From: Camelus dromedarius
Taxonomy: Eukaryota
Assembly (NCBI RefSeq): GCF_036321535.1
Contig: NC_087436.1
Location: 8,990,001-9,054,000 of the forward strand
Length of the DNA stretch: 64,000 nucleotides
Reading direction: 5' to 3'
Position numbers and translations under genes: made by a program. Position 1 is the stretch's first letter. Each line of letters starts with the position of its first letter. This document shows positions 26,976-37,890 of this stretch, one piece after another. The notes under the pieces are model-generated. The model was not told the DNA's origin, made no database searches, and worked only from the letters and a program-made list of their open reading frames with translations.

Positions 26976-28454
26976 GTTTCTGTTATCTTTTTCCTTGAAC
27001 TTCCTTGTAAATGGATTTTAAATAACTGTGAAATAGAATATCTCCCCTTGTTCTAGCAAGTTTCCAGTCACCCGCAATCCACAAAAATATTCTTTGTCAA
27101 CATGATACAGGTTTTAAAATCCCCTACCTACTGTATATGCTTCTAAGAAGGGTAGTTTTAAGAAGATGGTTTTGAATTTTCAGAAGTGGAAACAGTTAAG
27201 GCATTCATAGCTATCTGCCTCAATTGTAGGGTTATTTATTGCACGTAATGCATGCAAAACTGAAATATTGCAGTCGTCTTGGTGTCTTCTTAGATAATTT
27301 AATCCCCCTCTAATATATTTCCAATTTAAAAAGACTCAAACAGAGTGAAAGTAACAAATTATGATATATGCTTGAACACTCATGTAAAGAAAATCGTAAC
27401 AAACAATGGGATTTATTTAAACCACAGTCTTCTATGAACTGGCCATTTCTAATGCCTGACCTTTGGTGAGAGATTGATGTCTTTTGGTAGAGAGTTCCTT
27501 AGATTTATTTTTTTATAAAAATCTGTCCAACTATTGTTGTTTTTAACATAATGTGCATACATATTATTATCAATGAATGGCCTTGTCTAAGTATTAATTG
27601 ATACTATGCTATGTTGAACACATTCAAAAGGCATTTTCCCTGTTCGCGCCTGACACGCGTCTAATTGTAAAATACACTGAGTGGTGATTTAAATCATTTC
27701 CGAACCGACCAAAACACTTGGGAAATTGGATGTAATAGTGATCTTATGAGAGTACTTGCATTTAGCAAGATATCTCCAGAAATTATGAATTTTATACAGA
27801 TTTGTATTACTGGGACAAAGGATTTCAGAGAAGATAATATAGAGTAATTTTAAGTAATATCCTTTTTTTTATCTATTTTCATTTAAGCATTATGAATATT
27901 ACATATTAACTATTTACATTTGCAGTGATCCGTGCCCCTATTGAATTCTAACGTGACCGCGAAATAGTTGTAAATAAAAATACTGCATTGAAGGTGGCTT
28001 TTATTGTTATTTGAAGACCGTCTCTGAGAGTATGTTCTGGATTGGCAGTCATCTGACTGAGGTGGAAAATTTCAAGTCAGGTTTCACCTCTAGCAGAAAA
28101 TGACATCTTCACACTCCAGCACACTGATATTGGTTTCTGATTATTTAATTAACCAATTTATCAAATTCTTTATTAGATTCTACAGAGCTTTGCAGCAGCT
28201 CCTTAAATGTGGTTTACAATGTACATGTAGATTGTTATGGTTTTTCTTTCAAAACCACACAGCACAGTCAGGCTACGTTGCAAGGAATTAAAGAATACAA
28301 AATTTTAGCTCAAAGCCTAAGGAGTAGCTTAGTTATTTATTATTTACCTCGGGGAATCTCAGGTTCTTGCATGTAGCAAAGAGGGAGATTTAATAACATC
28401 AAAGGTTAACTATTTTAAAGACCCCCTGTGGTCTTTCTTTTTCTGTTACCACAG

Positions 28455-28507
28455 GAAATCATCTGCCAGGTTTTTGGTCCATTTACTGTGCTCTTCTATG
28501 AAATCAG
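28455..28507 (+). other. Candidate 53-bp exon, unknown transcript
   Basis: tctttctttttctgttaccacag|GAA...CAG|gtaata; unique sequence; splice consensus only. Confidence 0.35.
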
Positions 28508-28871
28508 GTAATATTTAATTTATAATGTTTGCCTCATTCTCAGCCTATAAATATTAATGGCTTCCTGTGTTTGCCTTCTAGGACGCAACATGATAGAGAA
28601 ATTTGTGAAACAGGATTTCTGACTTCTAGTTATAACAGTTACATTTTGGAACCAAACACTTCCTAATTTTATAACACATATGGTCACAATTCTTGAGGAT
28701 TTTTTTCCTGAGCTCCTGGAAAAGTAGGATAATTTTTTATAACAAATAAGACCCTCCTTACTTAGTGGTTCATCGTTATGTTGCTTCATTTTATTTTAGA
28801 GCTGGATAACGCTTATTTAATTAATAAGAAAACACTGAGAGTTGATATAAAACTGTTAAGATATCTTCTCA

Positions 28872-28965
28872 GGGGTTGGGGGGAGGGTTCAATCCCCAGT
28901 ACCTCCATCATAAATGAGTCAACAAACAAACAAACAAACCTAATTACCTCCCCTTAAAAAAAAAA
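28872..28965 (+). mobile_element. Vic-1-type camelid tRNA-derived SINE, internally deleted
   Basis: ggttcaatccccagtacctcc B-box region, (aaac)n spacer, cctaattacctcccc, A tail. Confidence 0.8.
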
Positions 28966-29023
28966 TCTTCGAAAACATTATCACAGCTAAAGAAGAACTG
29001 ATTACTGGTAAGCATCGACAAAG

Positions 29024-29122
29024 TTTTTTTAATTTTTTTTTTTAATGGAGGTACTGGGGATTGAACCTGGGACCTCATGCTTGCTGAGCATGCACTCTGC
29101 CACTGAGTTAGACCCATCCTCC
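29024..29122 (-). mobile_element. Vic-1-type camelid SINE
   Basis: Poly(T), then atggaggtactggggattgaacctgggacctcatgc...ccactgagtta (A and B boxes on the minus strand). Confidence 0.9.
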
Positions 29123-29791
29123 TACATTAATTGTTCTGCATATTTTTTGAAAACACATGTTATCCACACGAAAGTTGAATTTTTTTATTACACGGGAATC
29201 CTTCCTATGTCTACTGGGTCCGCTCCCTTTGTTATTTGATCATAATTTCCATGCAACATCCATGGTCCCTTTTTAAAAATATATTGAGTCTCAGCCCATG
29301 ACCCACCCTCTAGACACTTTTCTGAGTGTTCTAACTTTGTTGAAGTAGAGGGTGAGTCTACCCTTGTTTATTTCAGGGAGTTAGATCTTCTAGCAATCTC
29401 ATTCTGAGCCCAAGAAAGACTCAAAGACTTTTGGTAACTCCACCTTGGAAGAGCAAATGGAATTTTTGTCTGGTCTAGACAAGAGGCGAATATTGACTGC
29501 TGTCTCATTTTTAGATTCAATATAATTAATAATTCATTTAACATCCTTTCTGAGAGCAAAGTTGGTGGTAGCTCAGAGTCTCAGGGAAGACCAGGTGGGA
29601 TTTGTCTTGAGACAGGGATTGGCTCTGCCCAGCAGAAATACATCTGGAAGGAACGTGACCTACATATCTACTATAGAAGCCATTATTATTTTTTTTCTTT
29701 TGCTTCCTACTCTCCTTAGAATATTTAAATGTGTCAGAAGGTGTTAATTCTGCTTAATATTGAACAAAGCAGTTCTCAGGCCCTTTTTCAG

Positions 29792-29851
29792 ACCGTGCTG
29801 ATGGAGGCATTTAAGGAAAGGAAAAATGATGAGGGTTATCATTTTCTACTG
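29792..29851 (+). other. Candidate 60-bp exon, unknown transcript
   Basis: ccctttttcag|ACC...CTG|gtaagt; open in frame 0 (TVLMEAFKERKNDEGYHFLL); splice consensus only. Confidence 0.35.
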
Positions 29852-30436
29852 GTAAGTATATTTAGAAATTTGACTTAGCTGCCTTGGAAACGTTTCTCTT
29901 TTGACCAATTACTGGTAGATTACAGATAATCTGCCACAGTTTATAATGTTCCCACCTACTTAGTTTATTAATTTAGGGATTATTGAGTAACCAGGTAGAT
30001 GAGGGGCAACACACCTAGGACTCAATACATTTTAGTACACATGTGTGTATGTGTATTTCTTATTTCATGTGTGAGCATGTGTGAATGGATGTGTGTAATT
30101 TTCTTATTGCCACAGAGATAACAGAGCTGCCATAAAATCCTGCAGTAGGAAACATGGAGCAACAACAAGAAAACATATGTACTTTCTTTGATTCATGCTA
30201 AGCAGATGAATGAGATTGTGGAAACTGAAATTCCGGTTCATACAGACATTTGGCTTACAGCTCTACAGTTGGAAAAGATCTCTCCTTGTTTTGCTGATCT
30301 CTAGCTGTCCATTCCAGGTTCCACTAACTTCCTCACTTGTGTAGCTAAGTATAAAAAGAAACACGACATGCATTATTCAGGCAGTCTTTTTGAAGACATT
30401 TTCATAAGCACTTAAGGAAATATTTTAAAAGAGGTA

Positions 30437-30845
30437 GTTATTCGCTGAATTGTCTTCATCCACAAGATTCATATTTTGAAGTCCTGAGCCCTAATATTCA
30501 GAATGTGATTTCATTTAAAGATAGGGTCTTTCCAAAGGTTATTAAGTCAAAATGAGGTCATTATGTGAACCCTTATCCGATATGACTGGCATTCTTGGAA
30601 GAAAAGGATATTTGGACACAGTGATGGACAAAGGGACACCAATGTGAAGACACAAGGAGGTGGCCATCCACAAGCCAAGGAAAGATCCCTAGATGGGGTC
30701 CTTCCCTCATGGCCTTCCAAAGGAGCCAACCCTACTGACACCTTATCTTGAACTTCTAGCCTCCAGAACTTTGAAAAAATAAATTTCTGTTGTTTAAGCA
30801 ACCTAGTCTGTGGTCTTTTGTTACACAGCCCAGCAAACTAACACA
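30437..30845 (+). mobile_element. MaLR LTR (MLT1A/B-like)
   Basis: gatagggtcttt...aaaatgaggtcatta...cttctagcctccagaact...aataaatttctgttgtttaagc...aaactaacaca. Confidence 0.9.
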
Positions 30846-31706
30846 GAATCTCTTCCTTATTTTCCCATCCTGATTCTATTTGGCTGCATCAATATCTAGA
30901 TCTTACAGTGGAAATATTTTGCACAAGATGGACTTAGTGACAACTACGTTAGCCCTAATAAACCTGCTAAACTTCTATACATAAAAATAATGAAAGATAA
31001 ACTGACTCATTTTCTATCTCCCCGCCAGCTTGTCATTATTTATACACAATAAGTTACCATCTAATCCTCATGAGTTCAGTGTCATTGATGAAACACTAGA
31101 AACTGCTCTCTAAACATCAAGCAAGAATTACATCATTAAAACACAATAAAACAGAGTACGTTCCAGGATGCCCTCTTTTGACTCATATCTGAATGGTCTG
31201 ATAACAACTTGAAGAAAGTAACTTAATGAATAAGAAAACTATTTTTTCCTACACAAACATTCTTGTATTTATTTCAGTTTTCAAGTTTCTCAACAGATGA
31301 TTGATTCTCTACAAGTGACACAAATGAGCTATTTTAAAACTAAAGTTTTCCTTAATCATTCCATAATTTTTATTTTTTGTAAAAAACAGTTTCACACAAA
31401 GTTGACCATTTAATGTGACTCATAGATATACAATGTTATAGTATTACTCAAATATAAGAATTTGAAGTAAACATTTTAGTTTTAGTTTAGTTTAGCTGAG
31501 ATAGTCAACTAGATACACCTACCTCAAAATGTTCCAGGCTAGGGTCACAGCTGTTAAAGGATACTGGACACATAATTGCCGTGTACTGTTAAGAAGGTCC
31601 ACTTTATGAAATTTCCTTTTGAATAATCTTGAGGGTTATTGAGCTAGAAAGGAGACAAATATCCTGTCTCCATATACCCTCAACTAAACTAAACCAATAC
31701 TTTCCT

Positions 31707-31850
31707 CAACAACAAAAAAAAACTAACAACAATCAAAAACAAAATCAAAAAAAAAAAAAAAAGGAAAAGGAAAGGAGAGAAAGAAAGAGAAGGGAAGGAA
31801 AGGAAAAGAAAAAGGGAAAGGAATGAAATTAAAGGAAGGGGAAAAAAAAG
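31707..31850 (+). repeat. A-rich / polypurine (GGAAA-like) low-complexity tract
   Basis: Read directly from the sequence. Confidence 0.85.
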
Positions 31851-32079
31851 AACCCTAAGGAGAGGAAGTTAAAAAGGAGGACGGTCTCAGACCTAAGGAA
31901 AAGGGGAAAAAAATTTAATTATAGAAAGTAACTTTGTAAGTTGTTGATCTGTTAAACGATGTGAAGATATAAGAGACAAATACAACAAGCAGATATGACA
32001 GACAGACAGACACAACATGGAGACATAACAGACAAAAAAAATGCTCACACTAATATCTGGGTAACATAGTTTGTGCTAA

Positions 32080-32648
32080 TATTAACTACCTCAAGTTTGT
32101 GTGCCTGACACACAGTGAGGCTAAACAAACGTAAACATCAGAGTGTGGAGCAGAGAAAGGTTGATTGCAGGGCTGAGCAAGGAGGATGGGATGGCTTCTA
32201 CCCAAGAAAAGCCTGAACTCCCCGAAGGGTTTCAGCAAAGCATGTTTAAAGGCAGGTGTATGATCAGCTCATACACAGTTCTCTGATTGGTTGATGTACG
32301 AGAGGAGACATTAAGGTCGTAAGGTGGCAGCTGCCAGCTGGCACTGCTTTGAGCATGGTTGGTGGTCTCCCGAGTCTGGCACAGCTCAGAAAATTTGAGT
32401 TCTCCATGATACAAGAACGTGTCTGACATCACACACCCCCTGGCCACCTAGTTTTCCCTTGACTGTCTGAACCACAGCGACTCCACTTTGACTTTCAAGT
32501 GCATCCCCCTCCTCCAGGCCAAAGCAGGTGTGCAATACATGTCTTGCAGGCCACAAAACAGGCCACTTTGGTTGCCAAAGTTTAAGTTAAACTATGTATA
32601 AGCCAGAACGACTTCCCCACACCTCAGTATGTGCAGGTTTTCCCATCA
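32080..32648 (-). mobile_element. 3' LTR of the provirus
   Basis: Begins TGATGGG on the minus strand immediately after PPT aaaaggggaaa (32649-32659); poly(A) signal decayed to AATCAA (32161-32166). Confidence 0.8.
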
Positions 32649-35600
32649 TTTCCCCTTTTGATTGCAAAGTAGAAAAAGCACTCATGATCAAAATATTAGT
32701 CCCTCATTGCTGGGGTGAGGGCTCCCGCTCCAGGTTCAGAGCATGTCCCTCGGTGCTGGGGCTCCTTTCTATTTGCCTACTTATCCACGTGGAGGCAAAG
32801 TTAGCCAGGTGTTGTGAACAGGCTCAGAGGCATGTTAATGGGGACACACTTTACAGGCCATACATTTCGTCACTTCCACCCCATTGTTACACAAGCGTAG
32901 TGCGTGTGCTTTTAGCAACAGACACAGAGCAGGCACTGCTGTGCACCATGAGAGGTTGTGCTGCGACAGCTCCACCAGAGAATTCTCTCTCTAGCCTAAA
33001 CACTGGGGGCAACAGTGTGGTTGGAAATAAAACAATGACTTTCAATATTGATAGGAAGACAAATATCTTATAAAAAATTCGATTAGAAAATATAGATTAA
33101 AAGCCAGTAATGTTTCAGACAAAACTAAAAAAAAAAAAAATCATAACTGTATCCACCAGTTCACTCAATCCTCTGTAATCAATCCTTTTTGTTAAGTTTT
33201 GTGAAATCAGAGTTTTCATTAGACTTTGAAAATATCTTATCCAGCTCAACAGTATGATTTAAAAGAAACCCGTACTTGTCAAAAAGTCCTTTCTATCAAT
33301 CTTATTAAAGATGAAGCAGCTTTGCAAAACATCAGCTTAACTGCCTATGAGTGACAAAACCTAAAAAGGCAAGGCTCAAGATCTGGTTACAAAGTTTCTG
33401 ACTTAATCAAGCTTAATCAAGTTGCTGTGGCATACAGCCTTGTAAGATAACAACTGAAATTATGACTGACAGCATTATACCAGGATGCATCTAAATTTCA
33501 AAAACCTTACATCACTTCCAGAACATCTATCTTAGTAACATTTATACATATCGTATAATCTGAGGAGACTCATCACTCCTTTGACAATGTCATGTAATGT
33601 AACATACCAACAATCCCACTTAGTTTAATATTTTCCTCTGAGATGTCTCAGGGGTCCTCTCAAGCATCCCAAAGTTAGCTGAAGTCAAAAGAACTTTGAT
33701 TAGATTTTGATAGGAAGTTTGTCAACAACATCAAAAAATTTCACACAGTCTGTAATCAGAAGCGTTCTAAGTAAACTTGTTCTCTTAACAGAGAGAAATC
33801 AAATCTAGTCCTGCACTGGTCTACTTTTAATAGCAAAATCCATTTGTCTACTTAAATTTAATCTCATTTCAGCCCAGTCATGCACAAAACTCCTTTTTCA
33901 GGGGTTCCTTTTTAAAAATTTTCCCTTAACAAAATGCAATTCCATTCCTCATACTTTTCATTCAAAACATATATCCTACTTTTTTACTGTGTAGTGAAAC
34001 GTTGCCTTTATTCATTTTAGTAGCTTTAATGATATATTTAAATTAAAATATATTTAACAACTCTTAAAAGCCTTAATTTCTAGTGAAAACCAAGAAGTAA
34101 ACAATTATAAACTGTCTTTTACATTAGCATTCTGTAGATTGGCAAACTTAAGTTCCAATAATAATTTCCATGAGCATGTGCTTTTTATAGAAAATATCAT
34201 ATTTACTAATAGTCCTAACCACATTTAGTTTAGTAAAGGGAAGACAATATTTAGTAAATAATGTTCCAATATCTTATTTTGGGGGGGAATCACCTAGCTA
34301 TTCAATAAACTTCCATCATTTAATTTAAGTTAGCACAACTCTAAAATTTCAAGTTACCCAATATCTAGAGAGATCATTTTCAGGTAGACATTAACTAAAA
34401 CAGAATTATATCTAAAGAGTTCAGTCAAAAGATTTTATGTTATTTGCATTTAATTGACTTATAAGAATTTTGTCAGAATTTTGTCAAGAACTTTGTCATA
34501 CCAAGGTAGTTGAATTTTTTTTTTCTTCTGTCAAACTCAGAACAGAAACAACATAAACCTATTGGCTTTCAGTAAACCCAGGTGTAATAAAAGATGTGTC
34601 TTGGTGTTGATTATACCAACAAACTTAAGCTAGCATTAATGTCCATATTAATTTGGTATTGAGTATTTCCTAGATCACATGAGCTCTTCTACATGCTTTT
34701 ACGTAAAGACAGACAGAAGTAGAGATCAACTTTTCTCCTTGAGTTTAAAAAAATTTTTTTTCCTTGAGAGCCCAGGTAGATCATTTATAGGTCAAAGGCA
34801 CAGAAAGAGAAATGCGAATTCCTCCTCTAATGGCTTGTACAGAACTCAATCATCTTGGCTAATTTCAGGGATTTTTTTTTTCTTCCAGTTCCCAAATATC
34901 CACTTCAGTTTAAAGAAATAATAATAGTAGATAATAATATTGATATCATCTCTCACATTCATGTGCCTCACTTTCAACAAAACAAAGACAAGAGAACAGG
35001 ATTTGGACTCAGGAAGCAAGACACACATACACGCGCGATAAAAGCCAAACTCCAAAAGGCCCCTTTTCATATAATAACAGAGCACTGAGGGTCATTGTTC
35101 TCCAGGTCTCAGGGAGTACTCAGCTCACACAGTGTTCCAATAAAAACATCATTTTCTTTCATTTATGGGAGCAGAGCTGAAGATTCCCCAGTTTTGCGAG
35201 TTACACTCTAGGAGGACTGTATATAAGATGAAACACAGTTCTGATTATCTACACTTCAATCAATCAAACAATCCAAAGTGGTCTCTCAGGGTCACAGTTC
35301 CTCATCCCCAAAAGGGACATACCCAACCAATGGCCCATCAATCTGAAAGGGGAGAACCCCAACCAATATCCATCAGAGATGGAGCTGAATGAAAGACCGA
35401 GGCTAGAGAAAGGGGAAGTCCCAGCCGACGCTCCACCACAGATGAGGCCAGTGCAACAGGGGGGACACCCCGGTGTCCTCACACGTGGGCCCTGTTAGTC
35501 AAAGACGTCTCAGCCGCGGCCCCTGCAAGTACTGACACGCATGTACAAACAACAAACGTGGTCCCCCAAACAAAAGTTCAGGCGAGGTGCAGCCTGAAAA

Positions 35601-36124
35601 TTCCACTTCCTCTCCCAGATGGAGATCTTTAAACAGATGGGCCCAGCTCCTGAAAGAGGACGGACCCAGAAGGGCTCACTCCTTGCAAGGGAAGGAGCCC
35701 GGATAGAGCAGCCAGAATTTTCCATCTTGTGCAAGTCAGAGTGGCTCACCCCAAAACCAGACACATAAAACAAAACAACAAATAAGCTACAGTCACACAG
35801 ACAACCCATCTGAGGAGGCGTCACTGAAAACTTCCATCCACTCCCAGATGGGAGGCCTGCAAACAGAGCAGCTCAGCTCCCCAAAGAGACACACCCCCAG
35901 GGACCCCCTTCCTGGAGGGAACGAGCCCAGACAGTGGAGAGAAGCCCCAGCCTGCGCGGGCTGGAGCCACTCACCGCCGGTGACACCGAGTGTGGGCGCA
36001 GCTCCGGACATTTTCAGGCTCCAAACAGACTCGTGCTGCGGGAGAGGGTACCTCCCGGTTCCCCGGAGGGAAGTGAGCTCCGGCTGCTGCTGGGACCAGG
36101 GAAGGATGGCCCCAGAAGGGCACA

Positions 36125-36147
36125 GACTCCTTTGCTGGCTTCATGAA
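36125..36147 (-). promoter_or_regulatory. Degenerate primer-binding site, tRNA-Arg-like
   Basis: Minus strand ttcatgaagccagcaaaggagtc versus TGGCGAGCCAGCCAGGAGTC, the complement of the tRNA-Arg(ACG) 3' end; lies within a few nt of the 5' LTR. Confidence 0.6.
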
Positions 36148-36150
36148 AAT

Positions 36151-36619
36151 TGTTACCGAAGGCAAGTTCATGTGCCGTGTGAGGTCAAACAAATGGAAAT
36201 ACTGGAGTTTGGAGCAGAGAAAGGTTTATTGCAGGTCAGAGCACAGAGAATAAGTAACTCATGCTCCCCCAAAACCCTGAACTCCCAGAAGTGTTTGAGC
36301 AAAGCCCATTTAAAGGCAGGTGAGGGAGGGGCGGGGGTCGCAGGGTACGTGATCACCTTGTGCACAATTCTGACTGGTTGATGTAGAGGGAACAGGGTGG
36401 TCAGCTCTATCAACCCCTGGGCGCCAGGAGGTCTGGGGGCCACGTGCTCTCCACCATTAAGTAGTTCATTTCTTCCATCAGGTGGTGGTTTTTAGCATCT
36501 GAAACACTCAGGAAATATGCGTGAGATACTATTATCAGGGCACCTCAGAGAGGAGCTGCAGCAGAGGGCACGGGGGAGGTCTGTCCTGGGAAGGCTCCAC
36601 AGGGTCCTGCTGGGTTACA
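36151..36619 (-). mobile_element. 5' LTR of the provirus (cetartiodactyl ERV1 LTR, possibly MER41-like)
   Basis: TGTAAC...GTAACA termini; AATAAA on the minus strand at 36225-36230; TTTAAA TATA-like box near 36309. Confidence 0.85.
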
Positions 36620-36780
36620 CTAATTTGACTTTTCTTTTTTAAAACCGTTAATCACTGGAAGCAACTGATTAAAAAAACCTCCTTATTTAAGTGTCTGTTC
36701 TGAAAAAAAAGTTGTTAAAAAAAAGGTCTTCCAGACAAATCTTTTTCTTTAAAAAAAAAATTTATTAGGTTAGGCTTGCC

Positions 36781-36781
36781 G

Positions 36782-36812
<31 letters not shown>

Positions 36813-36938
36813 TGGGGGGAGGTAACTACATGTATGTATGTATGTATGTATGTATTTTTAATGGAGGTACCAGGGAATAAACCCAGGACCTCGTGCACGC
36901 TAAGCAGGTGCTCTACCACTGAGCTTTATCCTCCCCCC
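36781..36938 (-). mobile_element. Vic-1-type camelid SINE with (TATG)n spacer and (GTTTT)n tail
   Basis: atggaggtaccagggaataaacccaggacctcgtgcacgctaagcaggtgctctaccactgagct. Confidence 0.9.
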
Positions 36939-37124
36939 AAGAGAAATCTTAATAATGAGAATACTTTATGCTGAACAGAAGAATTTTCCCAAGGAAGAGT
37001 TTGCCTTTAAGCATCTTCTGTGCTTATGAATGTTTCAAGGAAAAAATGCTTCTTTCTCTGCTGTTTGTTTGAAGGATATCCGAACTGATTAAAAAAAAAA
37101 GTTTGATGTATTTCTGATTTTTGA

Positions 37125-37265
37125 AAATACCCTGATTTCTCTTGAGTTTGGCAGATATGGTAATTAGTTTATTTCCCTGACTGTCAGTTTCCTTATCTGT
37201 AAAATGTATTGTTCTTAGAGTTAAATTAATGATGCAAACAGAGTTCAGTGTCTGAGACAAATGTT
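37125..37265 (+). mobile_element. MIR SINE
   Basis: tcagtttccttatctgtaaaatg core. Confidence 0.7.
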
Positions 37266-37611
37266 ACCGAAAAGTAGGTTAAGGAAGAAATATACCTTCA
37301 TTATTAGTTAAGTAAGTGGGAAAAATTAAACACAAGTGTAAAAGGTAAATGCAATATTTTTGAAAAGGTGTCATTCTCATCATTCTCACCCTTGAAATAT
37401 GTGACATAGTCTATAAAAGAGACAAAAGCACATATAGTTGAAAAGTAGTGTGTTTATAAATCAAGTAGTTACATTACTTCATATGTGGAGCACACATAAG
37501 GGGAAATTCAAAAGAAAATCTGTGATTTTTCTCACAGCAGGTATTTCAAACAGAAATTCCCCACTGAATATCTGACTATCCATTTGGGAAGAGGATATTA
37601 AAAGTAGGTAA

Positions 37612-37890
37612 TCTGGGCTTTAGAAGGACCCTCAGAGACATTCTAAGACAACCATTCATTTGATATGTTAATCTCCTTCAAAGCATCTTAGCCAAGCAAC
37701 CATTCATCTATGTTTGAACACCTGTTGTGACAAGCAATACCACAAATTCCCTGCCAAGACTGTCTCTAGCATCTCCATTATTCAAAGCTAATATTTGGTT
37801 TCTATAGAGCCAAATGCATTTCCTTTAGCCTCTTCTTAGTAATCCTTTTGGACATTAAAAGAGAGGAAAAGTCCTTCTTGTCATAACTGA
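37612..37890 (-). mobile_element. L3/CR1 fragment
   Basis: tagaaggaccctcagagacattcta...cattcatctatgtttgaacacc...aaagtccttctt. Confidence 0.5.

Larger units (their letters stand above)
32080..36619 (-). mobile_element. Non-autonomous ERV1-class provirus: two LTRs and a ~3.5-kb non-coding internal region
   Basis: TSD CTAA (32076-32079 and 36620-36623); partly homologous LTRs; PBS next to the right LTR; PPT next to the left LTR; no gag/pol/env ORF in the track. Confidence 0.85.

Noticed and set aside
29045..29122. tRNA gene
   Set aside because: A/B boxes belong to a tRNA-derived SINE with an A tail; same for 36860-36938.
31629..31826. Lys/Glu-rich ORF
   Set aside because: Translation of a low-complexity purine tract.
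32594..33073. 159-aa ORF as an env remnant
   Set aside because: Wrong strand for the provirus, crosses the LTR boundary, and has no furin site, ISD or CX6CC motif.
35848..36381. 177-aa ORF and overlapping ORFs
   Set aside because: Antisense to the GC-rich ERV leader and LTR; no gag motifs; expected by chance at this GC content.
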